DNA from: a virus
IMG/VR virus record: IMGVR_UViG_3300036792_000363
Coordinates: 32,001-96,000 of that record
Reading direction: 5' to 3' (one strand)
Length of the DNA stretch: 64,000 nucleotides
The notes under the pieces were generated by a model. The model had not been told where the DNA came from, ran no database searches, and saw only the letters and a program-made list of their open reading frames with translations. Positions 51,690 to 60,442 of the stretch are shown here, piece by piece (within the stretch, counting starts at the first letter, position 1; each line of letters starts with the position of its first letter). Position numbers and translations under genes: made by a program.

Positions 51690-53657
51690 CTACTGCTGCC
51701 ACCCGGCCTCCGGCCCCCAGTCGTCCATGAACCCGCCCGCGTGCTCCATCCCGGCCCGGGACGGGGGCAGGAAGGCATCGGGCCCGAGCTGCGAGAGCGA
51801 CGGCATGCCGGCGGGCGTGAACCCCTCCAGGCCGCTGTGCGGCCCGTAGAACTGGATCTGGCCCGGGTAGGCGCGCTTGCCGGCCGGGTCCTCGGCGCCG
51901 CCGACCTCCAGCGCCCCCACCACCGCGCCGGCCAGGGAGTCGGCCTCGTCCTTGGAGCTGTCGCCCAGGTGGTCGATCTTCCCGCTGGGCAGCCGCGACA
52001 GCCCCAGCAGCTCGATGATCGTCAGCTCCCGCAGCGGCATCTCCAGGCGGCCCTCGTACATGACGTCGCGCAGGGTCCGCCAGCCCTCCTCCGACACGTC
52101 GGTGGAGAACCGGTCGGTCTCGATGCCGTGGCTCTCCAGGATCTGCATCGAGTCCTTGCTCTGCCACTGGTCGAAGGAGAACCGCATGATCGGGAAGCCC
52201 ATCCGGCGCAGCTCCAGGCACAGCATCCGGGCCCACCGGATCTGGATCTCCATCGGGGGCACCGCGCCGGCGTCGGACTGGTAGGACAGGGTGAAGTCGA
52301 CCTTCACCACCGGGCGGCGCTCGCTCACCTGGATCTCCAGGCCCTGCTCGTCCGCGCCGGTGAGCGCGTGGTCCTGCCAGCGCTTCACGTGCGCCATGCT
52401 CACGCCGGCCCGGTCGCCGGAGGCCGCCAGGTCGGCGTGCATGGCGTACAGCGCGCCCTTCACCGCGAACAGCTCCGGGGAGAACGTGTAGACCGGCCGC
52501 CAGCTGGCCCCCTCGCGCACGTAGCCGACGCTGACCGGCGGCTGCGCGTACTCGGTGCAGCAGTCGCGGATGGCGGCCTCGTTGGCGAAGTAGGGGTTGA
52601 TCGCCCGCCGCGGCTTGCACTCGTACTTGGCCTCCGCCAGCGCCGGGTCCTTCTCGTAGTCCTCCGCGAACGCCGCCTTGCCGGAGATGCGGGGGTTGGC
52701 CTCCCAGGTGGCGAGCGGGCCCGACACGTAGTAGCGGCTCGCCTCGCCCTTGGCCGCGTTGTCGGCCTTGCCCTTCGCGACCAGCTGCTGGATGGTCGAG
52801 CCGAGGTAGCGCGGGTAGCTGATGTGCACGTTCTTGAACACCTCGGGGAACCGGGTGGTGGCCGAGGTCCGGATCATGTCCAGGATCGCCTCGGCGGAGC
52901 TGCTCGACTCGCGCTGCTTCGGCCCCGACGACCTGGCCAGCTCCGCCGCCGAACGGAAGGCGTCGATCTCGTCGGCGATGCCGAGGATCAGGTTGAGGCC
53001 CTCCTGGCTGTCGGCGTCGCTGTGGCCCGACACCGCCTCGATGTTGTGCTCGAACCTGATCGTGTCCAGCAGCGCGGTGGTGCGCTCGCCGCGGGCGCCG
53101 CGGCGCTGGCGGTCGGCGGCGTCGAGGATGTCGATGCCGCCGACCCGCTGGAACCAGCAGCCGGGCCGCTGCACCGCGCGGCGCATGGGGGCGAAGAACG
53201 CGCGCTGGGCCTGCTTCGAAGAAGATGCGACGTTGAGGACGTGGATCGAATCCTGTTCGGGCATCTGGTAGTAAAGCTGCGGACTGCGCAGGCACAGCAG
53301 CAGGTAGCAGACCCGCATGGCGATCATCCGGCAGGTGTGGTCCTTGCCCCCGCCCTTGCCCCACTCCAGCTCCAGGAAGTTGACCATCCGGCACGGGGCC
53401 GACCAGTAGGCGCGCACGGCCGGGTCGGCGCTGTCGGCCAGCAGCTTGTAGGTCTCGGGGTAGTAGACCCGCTCGGCGTGCCGGACCGCCTCGTACTGCA
53501 CGTCGGACAGCGGCGGGTTGGCCATGTACCCGCGGTCGCGCACGAACACGTCGAGCGGGACCGGCTCCTCCTCGAAGACCGAGAACCCGGGCGCGCTGGT
53601 GCCGGCGGCGCCGACGTTCCCGAGCAGCGCCGCCGCGGCGGCGCCGGGGGTGGTCAC
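51690..53657 (-). CDS. terL: Terminase large subunit
   Basis: Walker A GKGGGKD, Walker B IADEID, RNase H-like MHADLA...FDQWQS...DEADSL. Confidence 0.9.
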   Translation of the reverse strand: MTTPGAAAAALLGNVGAAGTSAPGFSVFEEEPVPLDVFVRDRGYMANPPLSDVQYEAVRHAERVYYPETYKLLADSADPAVRAYWSAPCRMVNFLELEWGKGGGKDHTCRMIAMRVCYLLLCLRSPQLYYQMPEQDSIHVLNVASSSKQAQRAFFAPMRRAVQRPGCWFQRVGGIDILDAADRQRRGARGERTTALLDTIRFEHNIEAVSGHSDADSQEGLNLILGIADEIDAFRSAAELARSSGPKQRESSSSAEAILDMIRTSATTRFPEVFKNVHISYPRYLGSTIQQLVAKGKADNAAKGEASRYYVSGPLATWEANPRISGKAAFAEDYEKDPALAEAKYECKPRRAINPYFANEAAIRDCCTEYAQPPVSVGYVREGASWRPVYTFSPELFAVKGALYAMHADLAASGDRAGVSMAHVKRWQDHALTGADEQGLEIQVSERRPVVKVDFTLSYQSDAGAVPPMEIQIRWARMLCLELRRMGFPIMRFSFDQWQSKDSMQILESHGIETDRFSTDVSEEGWRTLRDVMYEGRLEMPLRELTIIELLGLSRLPSGKIDHLGDSSKDEADSLAGAVVGALEVGGAEDPAGKRAYPGQIQFYGPHSGLEGFTPAGMPSLSQLGPDAFLPPSRAGMEHAGGFMDDWGPEAGWQQ

Positions 53658-53827
53658 GCGGGCGGGACCCGCCCCGGCCACCACCGGTAGTGCAGGTACA
53701 GGTGGATGGCGATGGAGATCATCCCCAGCAGGAACACGCCTTCCGCGTCGAACGGGTTATGGCCCTTGCCCGCCCAGTGCAGGACGAAAGCGATGAGCCA
53801 CAGGACTCCGGCGATGATCGCGAACAT
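53654..53827 (-). CDS. Small two-TM membrane protein
   Basis: MFAIIAGVLWLIAFVLHW...; GTGA overlap with terL. Confidence 0.65.
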   Translation of the reverse strand: MFAIIAGVLWLIAFVLHWAGKGHNPFDAEGVFLLGMISIAIHLYLHYRWWPGRVPPA

Positions 53828-53840
53828 GTCTACCAGCTCC

Positions 53841-54641
53841 TCACCAGTTGCGCTTCGGGGTCGACCCGGGCCGGTGCAGCGGCCCGCCGTCGTGGTGGCT
53901 GTCGCCCGCGTGCTGGTGCGGGTGGCTGTGGGCGCCCGACTGGAAGTGGGTGTGCGTGTGGGTCCCGTTGAACGGCCCGTGGTTCATCGGGATGCCGCCG
54001 TCCCCCGCCGCCTTGGCGGCCAGCTCGATCATCGACGCGGCGGCCTTCTCGCCGTCCTCGTCCGACTGCCCGAACCCCGGCAGCGTGCTGACGTCCACCC
54101 CGAACTTGGGGGCCTTCCTGCGGATGAGGGCCTGGGCGGCCTTCCAGTCGCCGTGGTGCGAGGCGGCCAGGGTCGCGGCGGAGTGCAGCTGCCGCACGCT
54201 CTTGACCGGGTACGACCCGTCCGGCAGCGCGTCGCCCTCGTCGGCGGCGGCCCTGCGGCCTTTCGCGGTCTCGCTGGGCGGCGTCAGCGTCACCATGTCG
54301 ATGTCGAGCCCGGGGCGTCCCGACAGCATCGCCGCCAGCGACCCCGCCAGCCGGGACGCCTTCACCTTCTTGTCGGACCGGGCGCACATCGACGACGCCC
54401 GCGCGGCCGGGACGCCCTTCTTCACCAGGGCCTTGTAGGTAGGGTGGTCGGCGTGCCCGCCGCCATCGCCATCGCCCCCCTTGCCGTCGTCGCCCTTGCC
54501 GCGGTCGTCCTCATCGTCGTCGGACGCAAGCAGGACGGCTAGCTCGCCGGCGGCCGTCTGCACGGCCAGCAGGAGGTCGGCGTCCGGGTCGGCCGGGGCG
54601 GGTCCGCCGCCCGCCAGCGCCAGGACCTTATCGAGCGACAT
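53841..54641 (-). CDS. Hypothetical protein (DUF6582-like domain, His-rich tail)
   Basis: GDALPDGSYPV...LIRRKA; HTHTHFQSGAHSHPHQH. Confidence 0.65.
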   Translation of the reverse strand: MSLDKVLALAGGGPAPADPDADLLLAVQTAAGELAVLLASDDDEDDRGKGDDGKGGDGDGGGHADHPTYKALVKKGVPAARASSMCARSDKKVKASRLAGSLAAMLSGRPGLDIDMVTLTPPSETAKGRRAAADEGDALPDGSYPVKSVRQLHSAATLAASHHGDWKAAQALIRRKAPKFGVDVSTLPGFGQSDEDGEKAAASMIELAAKAAGDGGIPMNHGPFNGTHTHTHFQSGAHSHPHQHAGDSHHDGGPLHRPGSTPKRNW

Positions 54642-54675
54642 CAGGGGCCTCCCCGTCGGCGTGGGTTCCCCGTGC

Positions 54676-54682
54676 CAATCGG
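54676..54682 (-). promoter_or_regulatory. Class A promoter variant CCGATTG
   Basis: Upstream of the 54641 gene and the terminase operon. Confidence 0.5.
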
Positions 54683-56287
54683 TTACCTGCCCGCCAGGGT
54701 CACCCGCTCGACCGCGCTCAGCTTCGCAGCCGGGGTCTGGTTGCCGGTGTCGGCCACCGTCTGCGGGCTGTTCTGCGGGCTCACCGTCTTCCCGCCGCTG
54801 GCCATCCGCCCCGCCTCGGCCCCGGTGTGAGTCGTGCTGCCCATGTCGGCCAGCGCCCGGACGTGGTGCCTGATGTGCCGGGCCAGGTCGTGCGCGCCGC
54901 TCTCCCAGGCCACCGCGGCGGCGCGGATGGCGAACTGCGCCGCCCCGGCCCGGTTGGTGCCCAGCATCTCCCTGGCCCTGTCCAGGTAGGCGGTCACCCG
55001 GGCCTTGTCCAGCGCGGGCAGGGCCGCCAGCTGCCGCGCGGCGTCCGCGTCGGCGATGTTCAGCAGGTCCTCCGGCGGCTGGATGAGCGGGGTCCGCCCG
55101 CTGACGTCGGAGGTAGCCGGGAAGGACACGTCCTTGCCGGTGGTGATCGGCGCGCCGGCCAGCGCCAGCAAGCGGTCGAGCGCGGTCATGTCATCCTCCG
55201 TGAACCTGCCCAGCTGGGAGGGCCCGTTGTAGACCCCGTGGAAGAACTTCTTGCGGATGCGCTCCGCCAGCGCCTGCACGTGCTGCTCGGCCTTGCGCCA
55301 GGCCAGCTGCCTCGCCGTGCCCTGCTTCATCGCGGTGGTGGCGGACGACTGGGCGGCCGGGGGGACCGCGGTGAACACGTTGGCGGTGTAGACCGCCGGC
55401 ATCAGCTCGCTGATGTCGGCCTTGTGCCCGGCGTACAGCGCCGCCTGCGCCGACCGGAGCACCCCCAGCGCCTCCACCGGGTTGCCGCGCTCGATCTTGG
55501 CCGCGGCCTGCTCCAGGAACTTGCGGGCGGTGGCCGACAGGTCCGGCTTGCTGCACTCGGGCACCAGGGCGATGCACGCCTTCACCTCGGCCGGGGTCGG
55601 CAGCGCGACGTCGGGCGGCAGCGGCGGGCTGGGCGAGATGGTGGCGGCCGGGCGCTGGTGCAGCCCGTACTGGGCGTAGCTCCCGCCGGTCGGGCTGGTC
55701 ACCGGGGCGGGGCGGGCGCCGGGCGCGGTCATCATCTGCGGGCCGGCCAGCCCCACCGCGGTGGCCTTCGCCTCGTGCCCGGCGCTCCGGGCGTGCGCCT
55801 TGGCCCGCGACGCCTCCCACTCGGCCACGTTCTTGGCGGCCGCGGCGCGGACGTCGGGGTGGGTGCGCTTGCCCTTGCCGCTCTTGGTGTCCCACCCGCC
55901 CGGGTTGACGCCCGCCGCCCACTTCTTGACGATGCCGATGGCCACCCCGTACGCGCCGTGCTTGCCGTACCGGCCCACCAGGTGCTTGTAGAGGTGCTCC
56001 ACGTACGGCGGCAGGTGCTCGCCCTTGATGTGGAACAGCCCCGGCCCTCCGGGCGGGACGGTCGGCTGCACCACCGTGGAGGCCTCCGGGGTGCGCGGGG
56101 TGAACTTGACCAGCGCGCCGCCGCGGTCGTCCTCGTCGTGCGGGTCGGGCACCGAGCGGCAGTACATGTCCGGGTGCTCGCGCCCGCCGCCCTCGACGTG
56201 CCGGAACCACGGGCACTCGCCGACCAGGTGCACGCGCGCTTCGCGGTCCTCGTGGTCGGCGACCAGCTTCTCCAGCGCGGCGGCCAT
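54683..56287 (-). CDS. Hypothetical protein
   Basis: 534 aa from ATG 56287, 7 nt after the class A motif; LPPYVEHL...KKWAAG...HPDVRAAA. Confidence 0.7.
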   Translation of the reverse strand: MAAALEKLVADHEDREARVHLVGECPWFRHVEGGGREHPDMYCRSVPDPHDEDDRGGALVKFTPRTPEASTVVQPTVPPGGPGLFHIKGEHLPPYVEHLYKHLVGRYGKHGAYGVAIGIVKKWAAGVNPGGWDTKSGKGKRTHPDVRAAAAKNVAEWEASRAKAHARSAGHEAKATAVGLAGPQMMTAPGARPAPVTSPTGGSYAQYGLHQRPAATISPSPPLPPDVALPTPAEVKACIALVPECSKPDLSATARKFLEQAAAKIERGNPVEALGVLRSAQAALYAGHKADISELMPAVYTANVFTAVPPAAQSSATTAMKQGTARQLAWRKAEQHVQALAERIRKKFFHGVYNGPSQLGRFTEDDMTALDRLLALAGAPITTGKDVSFPATSDVSGRTPLIQPPEDLLNIADADAARQLAALPALDKARVTAYLDRAREMLGTNRAGAAQFAIRAAAVAWESGAHDLARHIRHHVRALADMGSTTHTGAEAGRMASGGKTVSPQNSPQTVADTGNQTPAAKLSAVERVTLAGR

Positions 56288-56294
56288 GCACTGG

Positions 56295-56301
56295 TAATCG
56301 G
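56295..56301 (-). promoter_or_regulatory. Class A promoter, leaderless (N7-ATG)
   Basis: CCGATTA-CCAGTGC-ATG. Confidence 0.7.
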
Positions 56302-56304
56302 GTG

Positions 56305-56532
56305 CTACCGCCCCCGAACGCGCCTGCGGGCAGCCCTGTCGCGGCGCGCCTGGTCCCGGGCCTGGTCGCGTGCCGTCCGCTCCAGCCGGTCGGCGCGGGC
56401 CCACTCTGCGGCCACCTCGCGCCCGGCCGTCATCTCGCTGCGCCGGAAATCCGCGTCGGTGGCCAGCCTGTAGATCATTCCGAGATTGCCCCTGGGGCGT
56501 TCGTCCGGGCTCCGCTTCCTGAATAGCCTCAT
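56305..56532 (-). CDS. Basic hypothetical protein
   Basis: 75 aa. Confidence 0.5.
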   Translation of the reverse strand: MRLFRKRSPDERPRGNLGMIYRLATDADFRRSEMTAGREVAAEWARADRLERTARDQARDQARRDRAARRRVRGR

Positions 56533-56551
56533 ACCCCTGATACGGAGGGGA

Positions 56552-56992
56552 TCAGGCGGCCGCCAGGGCGTCCACGAACTTGTCCTGCAGCAGCGCGCGC
56601 AGCCCCGCGTCGTGCACCTCGCCCAGCACCGCCAGGAACACGTCCCGCACCCGCTCGGGCGACAGGCCCTCCACCCGCGGCCTGCTCTTCATCCGCACGT
56701 CGTCCCACGTCTTGGCGATCTGCTCCCAGGCCAGGATCGCGTCCTTCTCCTGCCCGGGGTGCTGGTAGCCGTCGTCGGTGCCGTAGCCCTTGCGGGAGGT
56801 CTGCTGGTGCTTGAAGAACCAGTTGAGCATGACGCTCGTGCGCATGATCTGCGCGGCCGACATGTCCAGGCCCTCGCACTCGCGGCGCGCGGTGGCGTAG
56901 AACTCCTCGTAGCTGCTGCGCAGGTCCACGTCGGTCACGGAGGCGGGGCAGGTGAACAGCCCGTCGAACTTGTCCCAGTTAGCGTCGGCCAC
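56552..56992 (-). CDS. Hypothetical helical protein (possible terminase small subunit)
   Basis: 146 aa helical protein heading the late block; the function is a positional guess only. Confidence 0.55.
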   Translation of the reverse strand: MADANWDKFDGLFTCPASVTDVDLRSSYEEFYATARRECEGLDMSAAQIMRTSVMLNWFFKHQQTSRKGYGTDDGYQHPGQEKDAILAWEQIAKTWDDVRMKSRPRVEGLSPERVRDVFLAVLGEVHDAGLRALLQDKFVDALAAA

Positions 56993-57158
56993 GCCCTGGT
57001 AATCGGGTCGGCCCGTGGTGCGGGCACTCCGGGTCGGTGGTGAGGCGCACCCAGCCCTTGCCGTAGCCGCGCGTCTCCTTCAGGGCGTACTCGCACGGGC
57101 ACAGGTCGTCGTGGTAGACGTAGACGATCCAGGCCCGCAGGCTCTCGTCCTCGCTAAC
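56979..57158 (-). CDS. Small Cys/His protein lacking a canonical start (GTT)
   Basis: Strong GC3 bias; HDDLCPC...DPECPHH; no ATG, GTG or TTG between the upstream stop and the coding body. Confidence 0.45.
   Translation of the reverse strand, partial: VSEDESLRAWIVYVYHDDLCPCEYALKETRGYGKGWVRLTTDPECPHHGPTRLPGRGRR
57000..57006 (-). promoter_or_regulatory. Class A promoter, leaderless (N7-GTG)
   Basis: CCGATTA-CCAGGGC-GTG. Confidence 0.7.
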
Positions 57159-57163
57159 GCGGG

Positions 57164-57955
57164 TCAGCCGGGCATCCCCGACAGCCGCATCCGGTACCGC
57201 CCGCCCTCCCGGTGCGGCCGGAACGAGCGCGACTGCTGCCCGGGGAACATGTGCGGCAGCGACGCCCAGCCGCCGAACTCGCCGATCGTCTGACTGCGGG
57301 CGGCGTCCGGCACGATGCACGACCAGCCGCCGGCCTGGACGAGGCGCTGCAGGTTCCAGTCGTAGCCGGAGTCCTGGTCGCCGCCCGAGTCGCAGTCCCA
57401 GTCCCAGGCCGGGCGCATCACCGTCAGCCAGGTGCCCCGGCGGACCATCCACACCCAGGGGTTGAAGTAGGGCAGCTGCCGCGCCCGCCACTGGTCGGCG
57501 TCCTGGTCCTGGCGGGGGCCGTCCAGCCCGTCCCAGCCGGTGCCGCCCTGGTTGTGGGCGAGCACGGCGAGCACCCCATCCAGGTACCAGTGCTTCGACC
57601 ACTCGAACCAGGCGAGGGCGTCGTCGGAGACGATGACGTCCTCCTCGCCGCAGATCACGTACTCCGGCCGGGTCTCGCCGAACGCGCGGTCGATGCCCTC
57701 GCCCAGCGCCCGGTGCATGCCGGGGCTCTCGCGCGCCTCGATGCTGTCGCGGAACACGACGACCGGGCGGCCGAGATCCGCCTCCGCCTCCTTGATGACG
57801 TCCATCTGGTCGTCCCACCGGTGCGACATGCCGAGCGCGACGATGACGCGGCCAAGCTCGCCGACCTCCGGGCACGCCGCCCAGCTGGCCAGCGTCTCGC
57901 GCAGGTACTCGGGCCGCTTGTAGGCGGTGATGAGCAGCGCGGTGTCACCCAGCAC
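57164..57955 (-). CDS. GT-A fold glycosyltransferase (GT2-like)
   Basis: ITAYKRPEYL, ICGEEDVIVSDD, FNPWVW, IGEFGG. Confidence 0.75.
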   Translation of the reverse strand: MLGDTALLITAYKRPEYLRETLASWAACPEVGELGRVIVALGMSHRWDDQMDVIKEAEADLGRPVVVFRDSIEARESPGMHRALGEGIDRAFGETRPEYVICGEEDVIVSDDALAWFEWSKHWYLDGVLAVLAHNQGGTGWDGLDGPRQDQDADQWRARQLPYFNPWVWMVRRGTWLTVMRPAWDWDCDSGGDQDSGYDWNLQRLVQAGGWSCIVPDAARSQTIGEFGGWASLPHMFPGQQSRSFRPHREGGRYRMRLSGMPG

Positions 57956-58814
57956 GGAGCCCCCTCGGCCGGAACCACACGTCGGGCGCGGGCCCCCGCG
58001 GGCTCTTGGCCTCGGCGTCCCAGCTGTCGGCGATCCACTGCGGCCAGGTCCGGTCGACGGTCACCGGGGTGAACTGGGTCTCGTGCGGGCGGCCGCTGCC
58101 CGGCCACCACACGCCGTCGCGGTAGTACTTCCCGGCGCCCAGGCCGGTCATCGTCTCGGGGATGGCCTCCACGTGGCTGAACGCGTGCACCTTCTCGACC
58201 GCCGCCTGGCGGCCGCCCAGCCAGGTCAGGTGCCAGCCGTGCGAGCCGTCGGGGGCCTGCCCGTGCGGCCATGTTCCCCACCCGGTCTCGCGCAGCTGCG
58301 TCATGTTCTCCAGCTGGCCGACCCGCATCACCGACGGGGCGTTCCAGCGCCAGGGCACCTCCCAGTCGACCGCGAACATGAAGAACCGCAGCGACAGCTT
58401 GCACGGCACGATCTCGTCCTCGCGCGCCCGCAGCGAGGTGACCGCCGCGCGGGTGGGGATCTCGTCCACGTCCCCGTGCAGGATGACGTCGCCGTCGACC
58501 GCGCCCGCCGACCGCGCCCCGAACAGGGCGGCCTGGCGGGACGAGTGCTCGCGCGCCCAGGCGAGCCCGGGCTCCTTGCCGGGCTCGACGGTGGTCGGGT
58601 AGTGCGGGACGTACATGATCCGGTCGCGCCACGGGGCGAACCGGCGGGCGTCCAGCTCGTCGAAGGTGAGCGGCTTGACGTCCCCCTGGAAGGTGAGCGC
58701 GCCCTCCACAATCACATGCCAGTCGACCAGCCCGTCAAGCTCGCGCAGGCGGCACTCCAGCAGGTCCGGCTCGGTGCCCATCCCGGAGTAGAGGAACGTG
58801 TCGTAGAGCTTCAC
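57945..58814 (-). CDS. GT17-like glycosyltransferase
   Basis: YDTFLY...LLECRL...VIVEG..TFQG..KPL...HGDVDEIP...GWHLTW...KVHAFSH. Confidence 0.8.
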   Translation of the reverse strand: MKLYDTFLYSGMGTEPDLLECRLRELDGLVDWHVIVEGALTFQGDVKPLTFDELDARRFAPWRDRIMYVPHYPTTVEPGKEPGLAWAREHSSRQAALFGARSAGAVDGDVILHGDVDEIPTRAAVTSLRAREDEIVPCKLSLRFFMFAVDWEVPWRWNAPSVMRVGQLENMTQLRETGWGTWPHGQAPDGSHGWHLTWLGGRQAAVEKVHAFSHVEAIPETMTGLGAGKYYRDGVWWPGSGRPHETQFTPVTVDRTWPQWIADSWDAEAKSPRGPAPDVWFRPRGLRAG

Positions 58815-59386
58815 GCGCCCAGGTGCTCCACGTAGAAGAGCGTCTCCGACCTGTACTGGGTGTCGGTGGGCAGCGCCTCGGCGCGCCAGCGGAAGTCCCC
58901 CAGGTGCCCGGTCAGCTCGAAGTAGTTGAGCGCCAGGTCGCAGTACGGGTCCCCGGGCGGCCGCAGCCTGCTGGTCGCCCCGTTGGTGAACGGGGTGAAG
59001 ACGACCAGGCACAGCCGCTGGGTGAACGACTGCAGCGCGTGGTCCAGGATCCGGTCCCAGTTGAACTCGTTGTGCTCCAGCACGTGCCGCATGAAGATGC
59101 CCTGCGGCTTCGGCTTCGGGTCCCACGCGGTCAGCTCGCACACCACGTCCGACAGCGGCGCGCTGTCGGGGCTGCCGTCCACGCCGGTGTAGAACCTGTC
59201 CGGCGGGCAGAACCGCCGCCCGTAGGCGGGCCCGCAGCCCCAGTCCTGCACGTACTCGCAGCCCTCGTACAGCCAGCCGAGGCCCATCCGGTAGGTGGTG
59301 TCGTCGCCGAACGGCCGGACGGCCGCCGGGTCCGGGTACTGGTAGGTCCAGATCTCCGGCGTGTACCCGCCCTCAAGCCGCGGCAC
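58811..59386 (-). CDS. Class I SAM-dependent methyltransferase-like protein
   Basis: VQDWGCG, YTGVDGS, IFMRHVLEHN. Confidence 0.7.
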   Translation of the reverse strand: MPRLEGGYTPEIWTYQYPDPAAVRPFGDDTTYRMGLGWLYEGCEYVQDWGCGPAYGRRFCPPDRFYTGVDGSPDSAPLSDVVCELTAWDPKPKPQGIFMRHVLEHNEFNWDRILDHALQSFTQRLCLVVFTPFTNGATSRLRPPGDPYCDLALNYFELTGHLGDFRWRAEALPTDTQYRSETLFYVEHLGA

Positions 59387-60215
59387 GGGGCCTCCCCTTG
59401 ATCGGCCGCCACCAGACGTCGGGGCACAGGCGGCGGTGCACCCACAGCGGGGACTGCAGCTCCCACGGCAGCGCGTCCCGCTCCTGGCGGCTGTCGACCC
59501 ACGGGATGTCGATGACCGGCTGCGGCTCGACCGACCCGTCCGGGCGCACCCGCGACATCCCGTACGTCCACATGACGTTGGCGTCGTTGGCCGCCATCGT
59601 GTCGTCGTAGGACTCCAGGTGGGCGAAGCAGTTGGCCTTCTCCGCGATGGCGGCCTGGCCGCCCAGCCACGACAGGTGCCAGCCGGCCCGCTCGTAGCGC
59701 GGCAGCCGGTCCCGGCGCTGGCGCATCTGGTCGATCGAGTCGATCGCGCCGGCCCGCGCCAGCACCTGCATCACGCCCGGCGTGCCCGGGGTGTCGACGG
59801 TGGCGAACCGCAGGTCGATGCAGCCGCCCAGGAACGGGGCCGGGTTCTGCTCGAACGCCGCGGTCGACGGGATCTCGTCCAGGTCGGAGACGATCACGAT
59901 GTCGTCGGGGTCGGTCTTCGGCATGAACGCGAGCATCGCGCAGTCGCGCTGCCAGCGCTCGCGCACCCACGGGTCGGGCACCTGCTCGCGGGTGGGCATG
60001 TCGTCGACCACCACGTGGATGATCTTGTCGCGCCACTGCTCGAACCGGTCCTGGTGGTCGTCATAGTAGAGGGGCTTCGGCCGCCCCTGGTGGGTGAGCG
60101 TCGCCTCCACCAGCACGAACTTGTGCACCCGGTCGGCGTTCTCCTCCAGGGCGCATTCGAGCATGTCGAGTTCCCAGTTGAGCATGAACGGGAACCAGTA
60201 GCGGGGCGCGCTCAC
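59373..60215 (-). CDS. GT17-like glycosyltransferase (second paralogue)
   Basis: ELDMLE...FVLVEATLTHQGRPKPL...RERWQR...SDLDEIP...GWHLSW...KANCFAH. Confidence 0.8.
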   Translation of the reverse strand: MSAPRYWFPFMLNWELDMLECALEENADRVHKFVLVEATLTHQGRPKPLYYDDHQDRFEQWRDKIIHVVVDDMPTREQVPDPWVRERWQRDCAMLAFMPKTDPDDIVIVSDLDEIPSTAAFEQNPAPFLGGCIDLRFATVDTPGTPGVMQVLARAGAIDSIDQMRQRRDRLPRYERAGWHLSWLGGQAAIAEKANCFAHLESYDDTMAANDANVMWTYGMSRVRPDGSVEPQPVIDIPWVDSRQERDALPWELQSPLWVHRRLCPDVWWRPIKGRPRAAA

Positions 60216-60442
60216 CCGTCCGAGTCCTCGATCGCCTGCCGCACCGCCGCGTCCCTGCCGTCGGTGAGGTGGCGCAGCGCGATGACCAGCTGCGGGCCGT
60301 CGCCCAGCTTCGACAGCAGCCGGTCCCTCATGTCTGCGAACATGGCCGAAACCGTAGCAGGCAGGCCCGGCGGCAGGCTGGGGTTTGGCGTAAGCCACTT
60401 GGCCGCGTCCCGCACCGACGGGTGCCGGTCCTCCAGTTTCAC
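60212..60442 (-). CDS. Small helical-hairpin protein
   Basis: RHPSV...LPPGL...LGDGPQLVIALRHL..GRDAAVR; coupled overlaps on both sides. Confidence 0.6.
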   Translation of the reverse strand: MKLEDRHPSVRDAAKWLTPNPSLPPGLPATVSAMFADMRDRLLSKLGDGPQLVIALRHLTDGRDAAVRQAIEDSDG

